The notes below the pieces were generated by a model, which was not told the DNA's origin, ran no database searches, and saw only the letters and a list, made by a program, of their open reading frames with translations. Made by a program: the position numbers and the translations under genes. A stretch of 64,000 nt of DNA from Eledone cirrhosa (Eukaryota), in contig OZ024747.1 of the NCBI GenBank assembly GCA_964016885.1, positions 13,268,001 to 13,332,000 of the forward strand, in the 5' to 3' direction. This document shows positions 45,712 through 59,242 of the stretch, piece after piece (the stretch's first letter is position 1; each line of letters begins with the position of its first letter).

Positions 45712-47767
45712 ATGTACACATACGTCAGTGTAATCACACCCATGTGGTTAAAAAGTTTGCTTTACAACCATGTGGTTCTGGATTTGACCTGACCCCACTG
45801 TGTGCCACATGGGGGAAATGTCTTCTACTGTAGCTACAAACTGACCAATACCCTAAGACTGTGAGTAGTGCTAACATATTGAAAGTGTGCAGCAGTTTAT
45901 TTTAAATTTTCTAGAAGATATAGTTTCTTAATAAATAACTCATAGATCACTTTAACATAACCTGACTCAGATGACACCAGTCCATTGCAACAAAACTCCG
46001 GAAAATCATTAGAAATGTATTCTTATTTTGAAAATATATATTAAAATAAAAGAATAACAAATTATGTTTGATTTCATTATTTTTTTTTACAAGATATGAC
46101 GAATGTATTTGTTGGAATGTTCTTTTTTTCTTCTTTTTATTATGTTCTTGTACTTTAAGAGAAGATTTCAAGGGAGACTATTCCCAATTTAAATTGTTGA
46201 CAAGGGAATTAATTCATTATGTTGTTAGTGTATTCGTAGTCAATGAAGGCCATAATTTTGACTGGGTTTCGTGTGTCTTCCTATTGTTGGTGCGTTCGTT
46301 TGTCATCGTAGTGGTGACCGCACATGATCCAAGTGTTCATATGTGCACCTTTTCTGTCCTGCCAGTTGTTGCTTGTTCACCCTTTCTCTCCCTCTCTCCA
46401 AGAACACCCTACTCCCTTCCCCCCTCTCTCACAATTCAGACTGCCAAATATATTCCCACATTCCCCACTCCTTGTCTAACTATGGCAGCTTATCTCACCC
46501 TACAATAGTACCAGACGTCACGTACTTCCTCTAAGGCCACCCTTCCTTTCACGGGTCAGTAACAAGCAGCCTAAACTCCACTTTCTACCACTGTCCTCCC
46601 AGCTCGGCCAAGAATACAAGCGCCTTAGTTTTAAAATGAGGTAGTACTGGTTCCACAATAAAATACACTGGAATGTGGAAGTGCTGGTGTCATGAAAAAA
46701 TTGACCCAACCCACTCTGTATAGTGGTTGTGCTGATACCACGATAAAATGCACCCAGTCCACTCTGTCAGGTGGTAGTGGTGGTGCCACGAAAAAACGAA
46801 CCGGGTGTCTGCTGTCAAGTGGCTGGTATTAGAAACAATACTAAAATGGAATGTATGAGCAAGGCATCCAACCCATAAAAGCTTGGAAAATAGACGTAAA
46901 ACGGTGATGTTTACATACCAGTATACTAAAATAGTTTCTTCTTAGTCGAAAGAAATCCTTAGTGCTTACTTAAAAAAATTCAAGAATGTATATTCAGTAG
47001 AACACATATTTGTGATTTTATTTGATCTAATTCATTATCCTCATCCCTTTCATTTTATAATATATAAATGTATATTTTTATTGTATATTTTAATGGTGAA
47101 AGAATTATTAATATAAGCTTAAAGTTCATTAACTTTAGCTTGTATGTATGTATTTACCGATATAATCTAGAGTTACGCCCCTTGATGGAAAACAATCTGC
47201 TGAAGTATTTAATAAATAAGAGATTTTTATCGCAGAATCAGTTGATCGGAAGTTCACAATCACTTTACTGCTTTCCTACTATAACAGAATATAAGGTGAA
47301 AAAAAAAAAGAAGAGTAATAACAATGATAGATGTGTACACATGGATACCATAACAGGGAAAACAAATGCTTCAGTGAACTTCCATAAAGGATCGTATCAC
47401 GTTTGTTCACTCTCTGTTGTGAAGGGAAATAATTCAATAAAGATAAACATTTCGATAATGAGTTCGATATTTATTATATTTAAATAGTTCGATATTTATT
47501 ATCGCTCTTCCGTCGGTTCCGACGATGAGTGTTCCAGTTGGTACATTCATCGAAACATCCTGCTCGTGAAATTAACGTACACGTAGTTGTGTATTCTACA
47601 GGCACGTGTACTCTTAATCTATATATCCAGCAAGTGACAAGGCTGATCCTTTAAATTACAGGTGCAATTACAACTCACTTTTGCCAACTGAGATCGTAAA
47701 CCGAACACCCTAACCACTAAGCCACGCGTCTTCAGATTACTTGTTATATATATATACATATATGTTT

Positions 47768-47980
47768 GAAGGCGTGTGGCTGAGTGGTTAGAGAATTGGA
47801 TTCGTAATCGTAAGGTTGTGAGTTCGATTCCTGGACCAGGCGATGCGTTATGTCCTTGAGCAAGACACTTTATTTCACGTTGCTCCTTCTACCTGGAGTT
47901 GCGACCGATAGATAGTATTAGCAATTGGAAAGACCAACGGAAACATTGTTCCCTCGGTCCGATTTGACGAAAGTCGATCG
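47768..47980 (+). mobile_element. tRNA-derived CORE-like SINE
   Basis: A box TGGCTGAGTGG, B box GTTCGATTCC, TGTCCTTGAGCAAGACACTT core; same family as 54129-54349. Confidence 0.85.
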
Positions 47981-47982
47981 TT

Positions 47983-48042
<60 letters not shown>

Positions 48043-48044
<2 letters not shown>

Positions 48045-48116
48045 AGGAAAAGTATCAAGACGCCGACGGTTGAGTTCCGGCAGCTAGATCCGATCTAGCT
48101 GTCGAAACGGCCGGAG
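48043..48116 (+). mobile_element. Decayed half-hammerhead hairpin copy
   Basis: CAGCTAGATC-C-GATCTAGCTGTCGAAACGGCCGGAG matches 32568-32690. Confidence 0.65.
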
Positions 48117-48566
48117 AAAATGTCGCTCGCATCATATCTCGTATACTAACGTCAATTCTTTTTCATTTTCTCTGTTGACTTTACACACACAGACACACAC
48201 ACATATATATATATATATCGTGAGGAATTTAGATCGATTTGGTATTATAGAAAGGCGTGTACATTACGACTTTCCCTCGGGTATTGCTGATGTGAATGAA
48301 GTGAAGCGATTCCATCACTTATGTAGATAAGAGCTTACACTAATGTAAATATATAAATATTTATTTTCTTACGCCCAATTATTCATGGGGTGTGGAGGGG
48401 TTCGTTGGATCAGAGTCCCCAGATACCTTTTAGATGGTTGGTCCTATTTGAAAGATCCGTCATCAATAAATACTTGTATGATAGTAGTTCTATATACAGG
48501 CAGATACTACCATACACTGTGGGTTTCAAATAAGAAGTGTTCTTATATGTAAAGTACACATATGCA

Positions 48567-48743
48567 CAGTTCCAGATTTACCATTGTGCTTAGGTGTGCT
48601 TAAGTCCAGGGCCCCGTTGGCCGGGGGGTCCATCTTCCTGCCAAAAAACATTTTTTTACTGTGAATTACCTCCTTCAGAGCCTTAGTAAGGGGCCTCATA
48701 ACTTAACTAGCACAGGTCCTCATTTGTTCTAAATCCGACACTG
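48567..48743. mobile_element. hAT-type MITE
   Basis: CAGTTCCAGATTTA...TAAATCCGACACTG; TSD CATATGCA/AATATGCA; partial copy at 58647-58745. Confidence 0.75.
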
Positions 48744-49759
48744 AATATGCACAATCATGTATACACACTATGGTGGTTGACTGTCACAGCCCCGTCGCCA
48801 GGCTTTGGTACTCAGAAAGGGACATTTTAATTCCCTAGGGAACTTTTTGACCAGCTTCTTGTTTAACCCTATTTTTATAATCATACATATTTTCGTTCGT
48901 AGTTCGTAGTTCAAGAAGTAAAGCTAGTAAAGTCAAAACTCCAAGGAATATATTTCAATGGGTACTTTATTTATAAACTCTATTTTTTAAACCTGATTAG
49001 TGCATTATTGAAAAATAAAGGGGTTGCGTCATCCAGTCCCGTTTACCCCTTGGCGACAATCTTAGACTCTCGTGAGTTCCTCTACCCTTTGCTGAGTTTT
49101 GTTTGTCATCTTGTAGGACCTTTGGACACACCTGCCAACCTCTAAAAACCCAAGCGAGGAGTACCATGAAAAAAGGTGCCTCAAAACGGGGAGAAATAAG
49201 GCAAAATGAGAGAGATTTTACATAATGAAAGCTTTACCGATTTTCACAAGAGAAGACATCTCTCACTTACCCTAAAGTGGGCGGGAGATTTCCCCGTCGG
49301 TTGGGAAGAGTTGACAGGTCTGTTTTGACTTAGAGAGACAACCAATGACCACCATTGTCACATATTGTATCACGCTGATTTGACCTGGGAATTACTTTAA
49401 TGGCATCTGTGTATGCGGAATACTCAGTTACTTATATACTAATTAATGAGCCAGGTGTTCACTTGATTGACTATATCGATTATATCGATCTCTGTTTGTC
49501 GAACTACTACATTACAGTTCAAAAACAAGAACACGGATACATGGTCACACAGAGAATATATATATATAACACAAGGAGGATTTGTTATGTCTTCATTACA
49601 TTTATTGATTAGTGATGCGCGTTTCAATATTCATCAGCTCAAGGTTCGATCTGTATCGATCTGGTCCGACTCTGGAATCAAAAGCTCGTCGGACCGCTGC
49701 TATAGTAATGACAGTGCTCATCTGGGTGAACCTACAGTAACCTCACGTTACACTCCCTG

Positions 49760-49807
<48 letters not shown>

Positions 49808-49811
<4 letters not shown>

Positions 49812-49943
49812 TATAAAATAAACGTTGTATTTCAAATTATATATTTATGCAGAGCTGCAACTATTATTTTCCAAGATATTATCCAGCGACTGAGGCATTT
49901 CCTTCCCGGGCAATGCCGGGTACCACTGTTAGTATATCTGCCC
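49808..49943 (+). mobile_element. Putative short Helitron
   Basis: TATATAAAAT start; CCCGGGCAATGCCGGG hairpin followed about 8 nt later by TTAGT (CTAG-like) end. Confidence 0.5.
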
Positions 49944-51770
49944 CACCGTCACGAAATTCCTTATATATGTCTACCTGCTATGCCTGATTCGTTATTAACT
50001 ATACTTCTTGAGAGAGAGAGAGAGAGAGAGAGGGGGGTGGTAGTGAGAGCATAGGGGGAGAAAGGAATAGAGAAAGCGAGAGAGAGGTATAAAGATTATG
50101 GTAAAGAAAGAAAAACTAGCCTTGACAACAATGTGTGACACATAGTTTTACAGTTACAAACATGTTCACTACCGCCATGACGACCACTACAATAAACAAC
50201 AACAAAACACCATTCCTCCCCTCTGCTACCACCACCACCACCACTACCACCACCACCACCACCACCACTTTCACTTACGATATTACCTCCTCCATTGTCA
50301 CCATCCCAGATAATCCTATCTATTATCTTGTCACCATCTCTATGACTGCAATAACAACACCAATAATAACATTAGCAGCATTAACGATCCAACATGGGTG
50401 CCTCTAAATGGTCACTCGACATACTAGAAATAGCAGCTAAATTCCCCACAAATCATACCTTAGCGCAGTGTGGGATTAAAACTTGGTAAGATCTTAAGCT
50501 ATGTAAAGCTGAGAGACCCCTCTTTTTAAAAGAATTACACCAGAAGATCTCACCAAAAAATGAAAACATGTATGTCCTTTGGTTACTCTCGGGTCCCATA
50601 TAACAGTGGGATGGAGGATAAGCGAGGAGTTGGAATAAGTGAGGTGGGATAGGAAAATCGATAATTTTTATAGGTTGTCTCCGTTGATTAAAAAAAAACC
50701 AGAATTAGTCGTTTAGTTTACATATTCAGACCCATTCTATTTATTTTATAACTTTTGGGATTTCTAGTAATGTTTTTTTTGTTGTCATGTATAATGTATA
50801 TTTTTAATGTATAAAGAAAATAAAAATAAAATTTCACCAGAGATAGATTAGCAAACTTTGATAAACGAGGTTGGGGGTGGAATAAGAGCAGGTGGGGGTG
50901 GGGTGGAAACAATCTGAAAAAGTAAGAAGTGGCGGGGTGTGGGTGGGGTGCTTATTCGAGACCCGAGAATATTTCGAATGTGTTTATTTTATTTCCTGAT
51001 TAATCCAAGGCTGTCTCGGCATCTTTAAATAATGGTTTCTGATTTAGGCAGAATGCCAACAATTTGGTAGGTGGGGAAAGACGATTAGATTGACCCCCAG
51101 GAACAATGTACATTTTTGATGACAAGTCTCTACGATAAGGGTTGATCTAGGACTAAACAACAACATAGCAACATAACCACAAACAACTGATTATGGTTGT
51201 GTTTTTGTTTCTCTTCAGATCAACTCTGGTTCAGGTGAAAAAATATTTCAAGCCTTCACTATCTTAATTTTGTCTTCAAAATTAATGTACTTTCATAAGA
51301 TAGTAGGGTGTGATTTGAGGGAAATTTGGCTACTATTTCTGACAAGTCGAACAACCGGGAAGTCGATAAAATAAAGTACTACAAAAGACCAAATTTCTGG
51401 TCAGACAAAATGCTTTGTAATATTTAGTTATAACCCTTTACGTTCTTAATTCAAGTCAAGCTGAGGTAATTTTTTACTTTTATGCTTCTGGAGTCGATAA
51501 AAGAAAGTTCCAGTCAAACATTAATGCAGGTGACGAATTGGCAGAGTTGTTAGAACGTCAAATAAAATGTCTTGCGGTATTCGTTCCGGCTTTATGACTT
51601 CAAATTCCGCTTTTCTTTCTTTCGAGGTCGATAAAAAAGTATCAGTCCAGTACTATGGTTGATTCCTTCTCTAGGTCTGTGTTCAGACCTAGAGAGGGAG
51701 TGGATTCTGCCAGGTTTTAAAAACCCAATGTGTATCACTACGGCACCCAATCGACCCAGGTCCATACATA

Positions 51771-52328
51771 TGTAGCAAGCAATGGTACTATTTTATCGCT
51801 GCGGAGTAATTTGGTCGTGCTTTATCACTCGCCAGCCCTTAGGGTTGGTGGTGTATGAATATAAAAGACGACTCTTTTCAGTTCTAGCTAGCAGTTGTTC
51901 TTGGCATTTCGTCGACACCAGCAGCTCACAAATGGCTTCCCCGGTCGATCCACCATCTTTCAAAACTACCTAGCAGTTGCGTTTGGCAATTCATCGACCC
52001 TAGCAGCTCGTAATGGTTTCCCTACTCCTGTGACTTTGCTCTCTCTTACATTGAGAGTAGTTTCATTATACGGCTTTCAGGAGATTTACCGTAACCGACA
52101 ATTTGGTTCTAAAGTACTTGCCTTTAAGAGATTTGCCATTACATCTAGCTTTGTTACACAAAATCTCTGTACCATTTCACACCCTTTGTACATGAGTTCA
52201 CGTCAAGCAAAAATAAATCTTTATTATGTTTAACTATGCCTTCTGATCTTTCCACCAGGACTAAACATAAACACGCAGCCTTACGTCTCTATCTTCTTTA
52301 AGGATATAATCCCATAATCCCAGCTACA
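51771..52328 (+). mobile_element. Putative solo LTR
   Basis: TGTAGC...GCTACA termini, internal TATAAAAG (~51860) and AATAAA (~52212), imperfect 4-bp TSD CATA/AATA. Confidence 0.6.
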
Positions 52329-52696
52329 AATAACAGAATACAACTAAAGAACTTATTACTAGACATACGCACATATAATGGCTACATCTCAGTTTCGAGA
52401 ATTGTCACCCCTTGACCTTTTCCTCATACATGGGTGGCACGTACATTACTTTTTAGCCGTTCCAAGGACTTAGATTCTTTTCTGCATATGCTGCAGTGAA
52501 AGAAAAAAGAAAAGACCATACTCACGCAACACATGTGAAGCTGGTTTAGATCAAGTGATGCCTCTGCTTGAAACGATGCATTGAGCTATTTGTTCTGACT
52601 GTTTACGTCCAGAGTTCAAATCCCCACCGCCCTGGTATCAACTTTGGGATCAATAAAATAAAATGCCAGTTAAATATTGAGGTAATTTTAATCCAT

Positions 52697-53410
52697 TAAT
52701 AATAATAATAATGAAATTATTGTGTACAGTGCTCAGGTGCACTACAACTCATCAAAGGTGCATGTATAGTACATAGAATAATGTTCAAATGTCAGGAAAA
52801 TGAACAGTGTACGAGTCATGAAATACATGTGTACGTGTGTATGGAGGGGGGGGGGGGATATCAGGTGTAGTGTTGGCAAATTTCAGGAAGCATGGAGGTT
52901 TTAAAGGATGCAGTGTCTCGACAGTTAATAACTGATGCAGGTAGTTTGTTCCATGCTTCAGCAACTCTCAGCGTGAAAAAAATGTTTCCGAAAGTCATGG
53001 GAGCTGTGCTGTTTTCTGACTTTGTGGGCATGCCTACGTCTGTTAGATACATGGAAATAAAAAAGGCGCACAGGGTTGTTGTTGGCAAGATGGTTAATAA
53101 TTTTGTGGGTGTTTACCAAGTCAGTTGCCAGACGTCGGAGCTTCAATGTATCCATGCGAGGGAAGCAAGGCGTTCAGAGTATGGTTGATGCCTGATGAAG
53201 GGTTGGTTGGTTGCCCGTCTCTGGACAGTTTCCAGGTGGTCAATGTTCTGAGCAAGATAGGGGTTCCAGACTGGTGATGCAAATTCTAAGTGTGGCCGCA
53301 CCATAGCTATATATAGCTTTAAATAGATAGCTGGAGAGCGGCTGACAAAGGTCTTGCTGAGTAATGCTAAGACACCCTCGGCTTTCTTGATAATTTTAGA
53401 GACGTGCTTC
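52697..53410 (-). mobile_element. CR1/L2-group LINE 3' fragment, same family as 32697-33585
   Basis: KIIKKAEGVL...MVRPHLEFASPVWNPY...; frameshifted; near-identical 3' UTR. Confidence 0.9.
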
Positions 53411-54128
53411 AAATTTCTGACCTTGTAAATATGTTAGAATCAGTTATTATTATTACTGGAGACATTATTACGTCCCTTTACCATCTGAGTTCAAATCCCG
53501 CCGAGGTTGACTTTGCCTTTCATCCTTACGGGGTCGATAAAATAAAGTACCAGTAATGCACTGGTAATTGCTGGCCTTGTGCCTAAAGTAGAAACAATTA
53601 TTACTGGAGACATTGGTATAATTATCAGTAATGGTAGAGCACCAAACTAAATACTTCTCTCTTAGTATTTAACACCGTTTGTTAACGTTCTGGATTCGAT
53701 TTCTACCGGGTGTGATAAAATCAATGAGTAGTAAACATACGATTATTGATTTTCAAAAATCATCCACACAATACTCTCCTCTACATTTGTAGCTTAACTA
53801 TACGATTGTCGATTATTGATTTTCAAAAATCAACCACACAATGGTCTCTTTTACATTTGTAGTTTTAGGTGGATGTTAGAAATTCTCTTCATCAACATTA
53901 TCTTTGTCGTCATAGAGAGTGATGAATTGGCAGAATCGTTAGAGCGTCGGACAAAATGTCATTGACCTTCTCCTCGCCCTAAGATTGTTGGCCAAAAATC
54001 TTGGGGGAGGGGAAAACGTCGATTAAATCGACCCCAGTGTGTTACTGATACTTGGTTTTATCGACCTTGTAAGGGTGAAACGCAAAGCTAAACTTGGCGG
54101 GATTTGAACTCACTAAGTAAATGTGTGT

Positions 54129-54349
54129 GAAGGCACGTGGCTGAGTGGTTAGAGAAATTGGATTCGCAATCGTGAGGTTGTGAGTTCGATTCCCGAACCG
54201 GGTGATGCGTTATGTCTTTGGGCAAGACACTTTATTTCACGTTGCTCTTTCTACCTGGAGTTGCAACCGATAGATAGTATTAGCAATTGGAAAGACCAAT
54301 GGAAACATTGTTTCCTCGGTCCGATTTGACGAAAGTCGATCGACTGTCG
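54129..54349 (+). mobile_element. tRNA-derived CORE-like SINE nested in another SINE
   Basis: 14-bp TSD AAGTAAATGTGTGT at 54115-54128 and 54350-54363. Confidence 0.9.
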
Positions 54350-55399
54350 AAGTAAATGTGTGTGTGGAGGAGGAAGGACCCCCATTGCAAGTGATTATAA
54401 TACCTATATAATTCATAAAGCATATTGTCCAACGCTCTACCGATACTGCCTGTCCACCAAAAATACGTTTCTATTTGCCACAAAAATGATGAATATAAAT
54501 GAACATTAACAAAGACGAAGGTACAAAACTACAACTGTACTTATGTTAACCAAGGAATTTGTGTTGATATTTATATTTTTTTCAAGCTATTTTCTCTTCT
54601 TTTAATTCCCATTTGTTTATAAAAGTTCTTATTTAGTACAATTGTATCATGGTAAAGTTTTAATTAATCTGATATACAGAGAAGTTGAATGTCAGTTAGT
54701 GATTAGATCATCACGAGAAATAGATGAACTGTATCTGAAAGAAAACATTTTGAAGAAGTAGTCACGACTGTAATGCCTTTTGATCATAGGTTTGCTTGAT
54801 CTGGATTGACCTTGAATTTAGCAATAACAAGTGAAACTTGAAAAAAAAAAAAAAAGAAAACAACAACTAATTTCCAACATAGACATTTTTCTAGATAGAG
54901 TGAGGTGGAGTGTAATAGATTATGTTCACCCTCCTCTCTCATTTGATATCAATTTTATCGAAATTAGAAGAGTGAAATACAAGGTTGGCATAGACATGAT
55001 TTGAACTCAGAACGAAATTAAACGCGGCAAAAATCTGAACCGAGAATAAACCTACATCAGTTTCGTTAATGAATGTTCTAGACAATGAGTGATCAATGGA
55101 ATAATCTGATCGTGAATTGAACGTGTAAATGGCTTAGCATTCCATAGACACGTGTACTCTTAACGTAATTCTCAGGGAGATTCAGCGTGATACAGTGTAC
55201 GACAAGGGTGGCTATTTGAATTACAGCTACAGTCCAAAAGGCTTCCAAAAAATTTCCGTTTACTCAGTGTCGACCCGAGAATACAAGCGGCCGAAATGGG
55301 TTGAGGAACCCCATTTCGGCCGCTTGAATCTCCCTGAGAATTACGCCTGAATCTCCCTGAGAATTACGTTAAGAGTACACGTGTCTATGGAATGCATAG

Positions 55400-55655
55400 A
55401 GATCAGAGATCAGAGAGTTGCTCCAGGTAGAGCTGCTATTTCTCCGGATTGAGAGTTCACAGCTCCGATATGAAGGATATTTGGTTATAATGTCTTTGGA
55501 AAGAATCGTGGGACAGATTTTACGAACAAAACCAACCGGCAGGAGACCTAGGGTAGACCCTGAGTAAGATGGTTGGATAACATCCATGAGCTTGGCTGGT
55601 CACGCTTGGGGATCCAGCCGGATCAATTGGAGACGGTTGCTTCTGACAAGGCCTG
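55400..55655 (+). mobile_element. RTE-clade LINE fragment
   Basis: EIRELLQVELLFLRIESSQLRYEGYL...TGRRPR. Confidence 0.7.
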
Positions 55656-55847
55656 TTGTGTTTGGAGGTAGGAAAATAATTTTAGAGGGATTCGGCTTTT
55701 ATTTCTAGCAGGTCGAGCGACCACTAGGGGAGGTGTGAGGAGCATATTGGCTCGTGCTTTATTGTTGTTGGTGTTGTTGTTGTTGTATAAACTACTTCAT
55801 GGTCGATTGGTCGGTGACTAAACTGTCTCCCATACTAGACTCAGGTC

Positions 55848-56806
55848 TGGTGGGGAGGGAAAGTGCAACCTCACTAGCACAAACAAAAAAAAAAAAAAGA
55901 GCTGTTAAAATGGCGGATGAATTCCTCAAAGTCAACGGCCACCCACCCCAACTATAGGTTAAATAGCCTCACCAAGCCGCAATTGGTCAAGTGTGGTAAG
56001 TACGGCTACAGCCCTGACTTGACTAAAACCAAATAGAAAGCGGTGGAGGGTAAATGCAACCTCACTAGCACAAAAAAAAACAACAAGAGCTGTTAAAATG
56101 GCGGATGAATTCCTCAAAGTCAACGACCACCCACCCCAACTATAGGTTAAATAGCCTCACCAAGCCGCAATTGGTCAAGTGTGGTAAGTACGGCTACAGC
56201 CCTGACTTGACTAAAACCAAATAGAAAGCGGTGGAGGGTAAATGCAACCTCACTAGCACAAAAAACAACAACAACAAGAGCTGTTAAAATGGCGGATGAA
56301 TTCCTCAAAGTCAACGGCAACCCACCCCAACTATAGGTTAAATAGCCTCACCAAGCCGCAATTGGTCAAGTGTGGTAAGTACGGCTACAGCCCTGACTTG
56401 ACTAAAACCAAATAGAAAGCGGTGGAGGGTAAGTGCAACCTCACTAGCACAAACAAACAAAAAACAAGAGCTGTTAAAATGGCGGATGAATTCCTCAAAG
56501 TCAACGGCCACCCACCCCAACTATAGGTTAAATAGCCTCACCAAGCCGCAATTGGTCAAGTGTGGTAAGTACGGCTACAGCCCTGACTTGACTAAAACCC
56601 AATAGAAAGCGGTGGAGGGTAAGTGCAACCTCACTAGCACAAACAAACAAAAAACAAGAGCTGTTAAAATGGCGGATGAATTCCTCAAAGTCAACGGCCA
56701 CCCACCCCAACTATAGGTTAAATAGCCTCACCAAGCCGCAATTGGTCAAGTGTGGTAAGTACGGCTACAGCCCTGACTTGATTAAAACCAAATAGAAAGC
56801 GGTGGC
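55848..56806 (+). repeat. Five ~190-bp tandem units inside an RTE-related SINE-like element
   Basis: Unit GGTGGAGGGTAA(A/G)TGCAACCTCACTAGC...CCAAATAGAAAGC; differences mainly in the A-tract. Confidence 0.93.
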
Positions 56807-57291
56807 GGTCAGCCAGGGAAGAATTCATCCAGCATGAGTGGGAAGGCCCTAGATTAGATTGGTTCTTCTTGTTAATTAGACCCAGGTAAGCCCTGAATCA
56901 AGCGGACACGCCATCTAAGACATTCTAGAAATTTAGTGTATCTAGGAATATATCATATAATGTGTTAATCCTTTGTTAATCCTTTTCTTTTTACTTTCTT
57001 TCTTTTTTTAGATGTAATATAAGTTGAAGAAGATTTAGCTGCTATTTCTAGCAGGTTTCTATTGGTTGCTGTTATTGTCACTGTCACAATTGTTCTAGTT
57101 ATTAATGTTGTAGTTCAAATCTCGCTGAGGTTAGCTTTACCTTTCAGCTTTACGAGGTCAATAAAATAAAGTACCAGTAATGCACTGGTGTCGATTTATT
57201 CGACTTTCACCTCCCAACCCCCAAATTGCTGACCTTTTGTCTATAGTAGAAATCATTAATTTTCTACTCGCCCTTCGTTCATATACATACA

Positions 57292-57325
<34 letters not shown>

Positions 57326-57902
57326 TGCACACACACACCCGCACACACACACACACACACACACACAGACATACACACACGCACACACATACATAGACAC
57401 ACACATACATAGACACACACATACACATACATACGCACATACACATACATACACGCACATGCACATACATACACACATACACATACGTGTATAACGGCAT
57501 CATCATCATCATCATCATCATCATAATCATCATCATCACCACTATCACCTTCAGCAACAGCAGCAGTCGTTATTTAACACTCCAACTCCTCCCACCAACC
57601 GTTGCTACGGTGACGCTGATCTTGTCTATCCACCGGGACATGTTTATATTAATGACCGTAACAAGTTACACAACTGGGACTAGCAGAGTCCCGTACTGTA
57701 CACTGGAGAGAAAAAAACGGCCCCTAAAGTTTCTAAAATGTAGGGGGCACCCTGACGCACAGACATACACACACACACACGTAACCACACAATAAGCACT
57801 GTTATTACATTCTCACATACACACATATATACATATTTACACACATACACTTGACTACTTTGACATTCAGGAGTCAAAGTTGAAGCTTGTGTATGTAAGT
57901 GT

Positions 57903-57943
<41 letters not shown>

Positions 57944-59242
57944 CACACACGTTAGTGAACATATAATACATACACATATATACACGCATACACACACTGG
58001 ACTCCTTTGACATTCATGAGTCAAAGTTGAAGTTTGTGTATGTAAATGTACATATATATATATATATATATTTATATACATACATATACGCTAGCATACA
58101 CATATAATACGTATACACACATACATGTATATGTACACATAGGTAGATAAAACTTCACATAGCTACACATGTCCACAAGCACACAAGCACACCCGCACAG
58201 ACACACACATATATATATAACTCCATACATACATACATTTATAATTGAATCGTGTTAATTCTTACAAACGTAAATATAGACAGTCAGCTGTACTATAATG
58301 TACCAGTGTGTACTATTGATATAAAAAGTGAGTATAGAGAGGACCGGACCATCACCGAAAGAAAAATGGAAAGCCCTACGAAATCTGGGGTTGACCCCAA
58401 TGTGTCACCTCCACTTATTTCCATCAAAGGTGAGAATGATACAAATTTGCTTGTCGTTCCTTCTTTCTGTCTTCTCACATCTCCCAAAGTTTATCTCTCT
58501 TCATCTCTCTCTAGCCCTTTTCTCATCTCCCTATACTTTTCTCCCCCTTCATCTATCTCTCTTTCTGCCTAAATGTCTCTTACATATCTTTTTCCCTCCA
58601 TCTTTATCACTTTCTCCCCATTTCTCATGTTCTCCCTAAACTTATCTTACCATTGTGCTTTAGGTGTGCTTAAGCACGGGTCCCTGTTGGCCGGGGGGGG
58701 GGGGGCATCTTTCTGCCAAAAACATTTTCTTACTCCATTAGAGCCCCAACAAATGACATTATATCTCACAAAAATTGAAAATATATAAGCCTTTTTAATT
58801 AATTTGAGAGACAGGAAATTGGCAGAGTTATTAGAACATCAGATAGATTGATTTGTGGTATTGATTTTCTTCACTTTCAGGGTTCAAATTCTGACATAGT
58901 CAACTTTCAAGGTCAATAAAAAAAAGTACCAGTCTAGTAAAAGGGTTGATTCCTAATCTATATCTCTTTTTCATTTCCTTTTTCTCATTCTCTGAAAGAA
59001 ATCGGTTGTGTACAGATATGGAAGGAAGAGCTCTGTCAGGTTTAAATGCCCAAGAGTATGTTACAACAGGCCCTAACGATTCCATGAGGAGTTATGGTTC
59101 CATACTTACATACTATTAATTTGAGGCCCCTGCATATTGTAATCCTTTAGCCAGGGGTTCCCAACATGTCTTATCCTGTTTACAATATGGCAAGGTTTTT
59201 GAAAGTAAATTTTCTCTCATCCTGTTTTGTTCAGTAATTTGA

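Noticed and set aside
47768-47845. tRNA gene (also 54129-54205)
   Set aside because: A/B boxes are present but there is no acceptor stem, and the sequence continues into a SINE body with a TSD.
55848-56806. CRISPR-like array or hammerhead retrozyme array
   Set aside because: Units are near-identical throughout with no unique spacers, there are no cas genes, and no CTGANGA/GAAA core is present on either strand.
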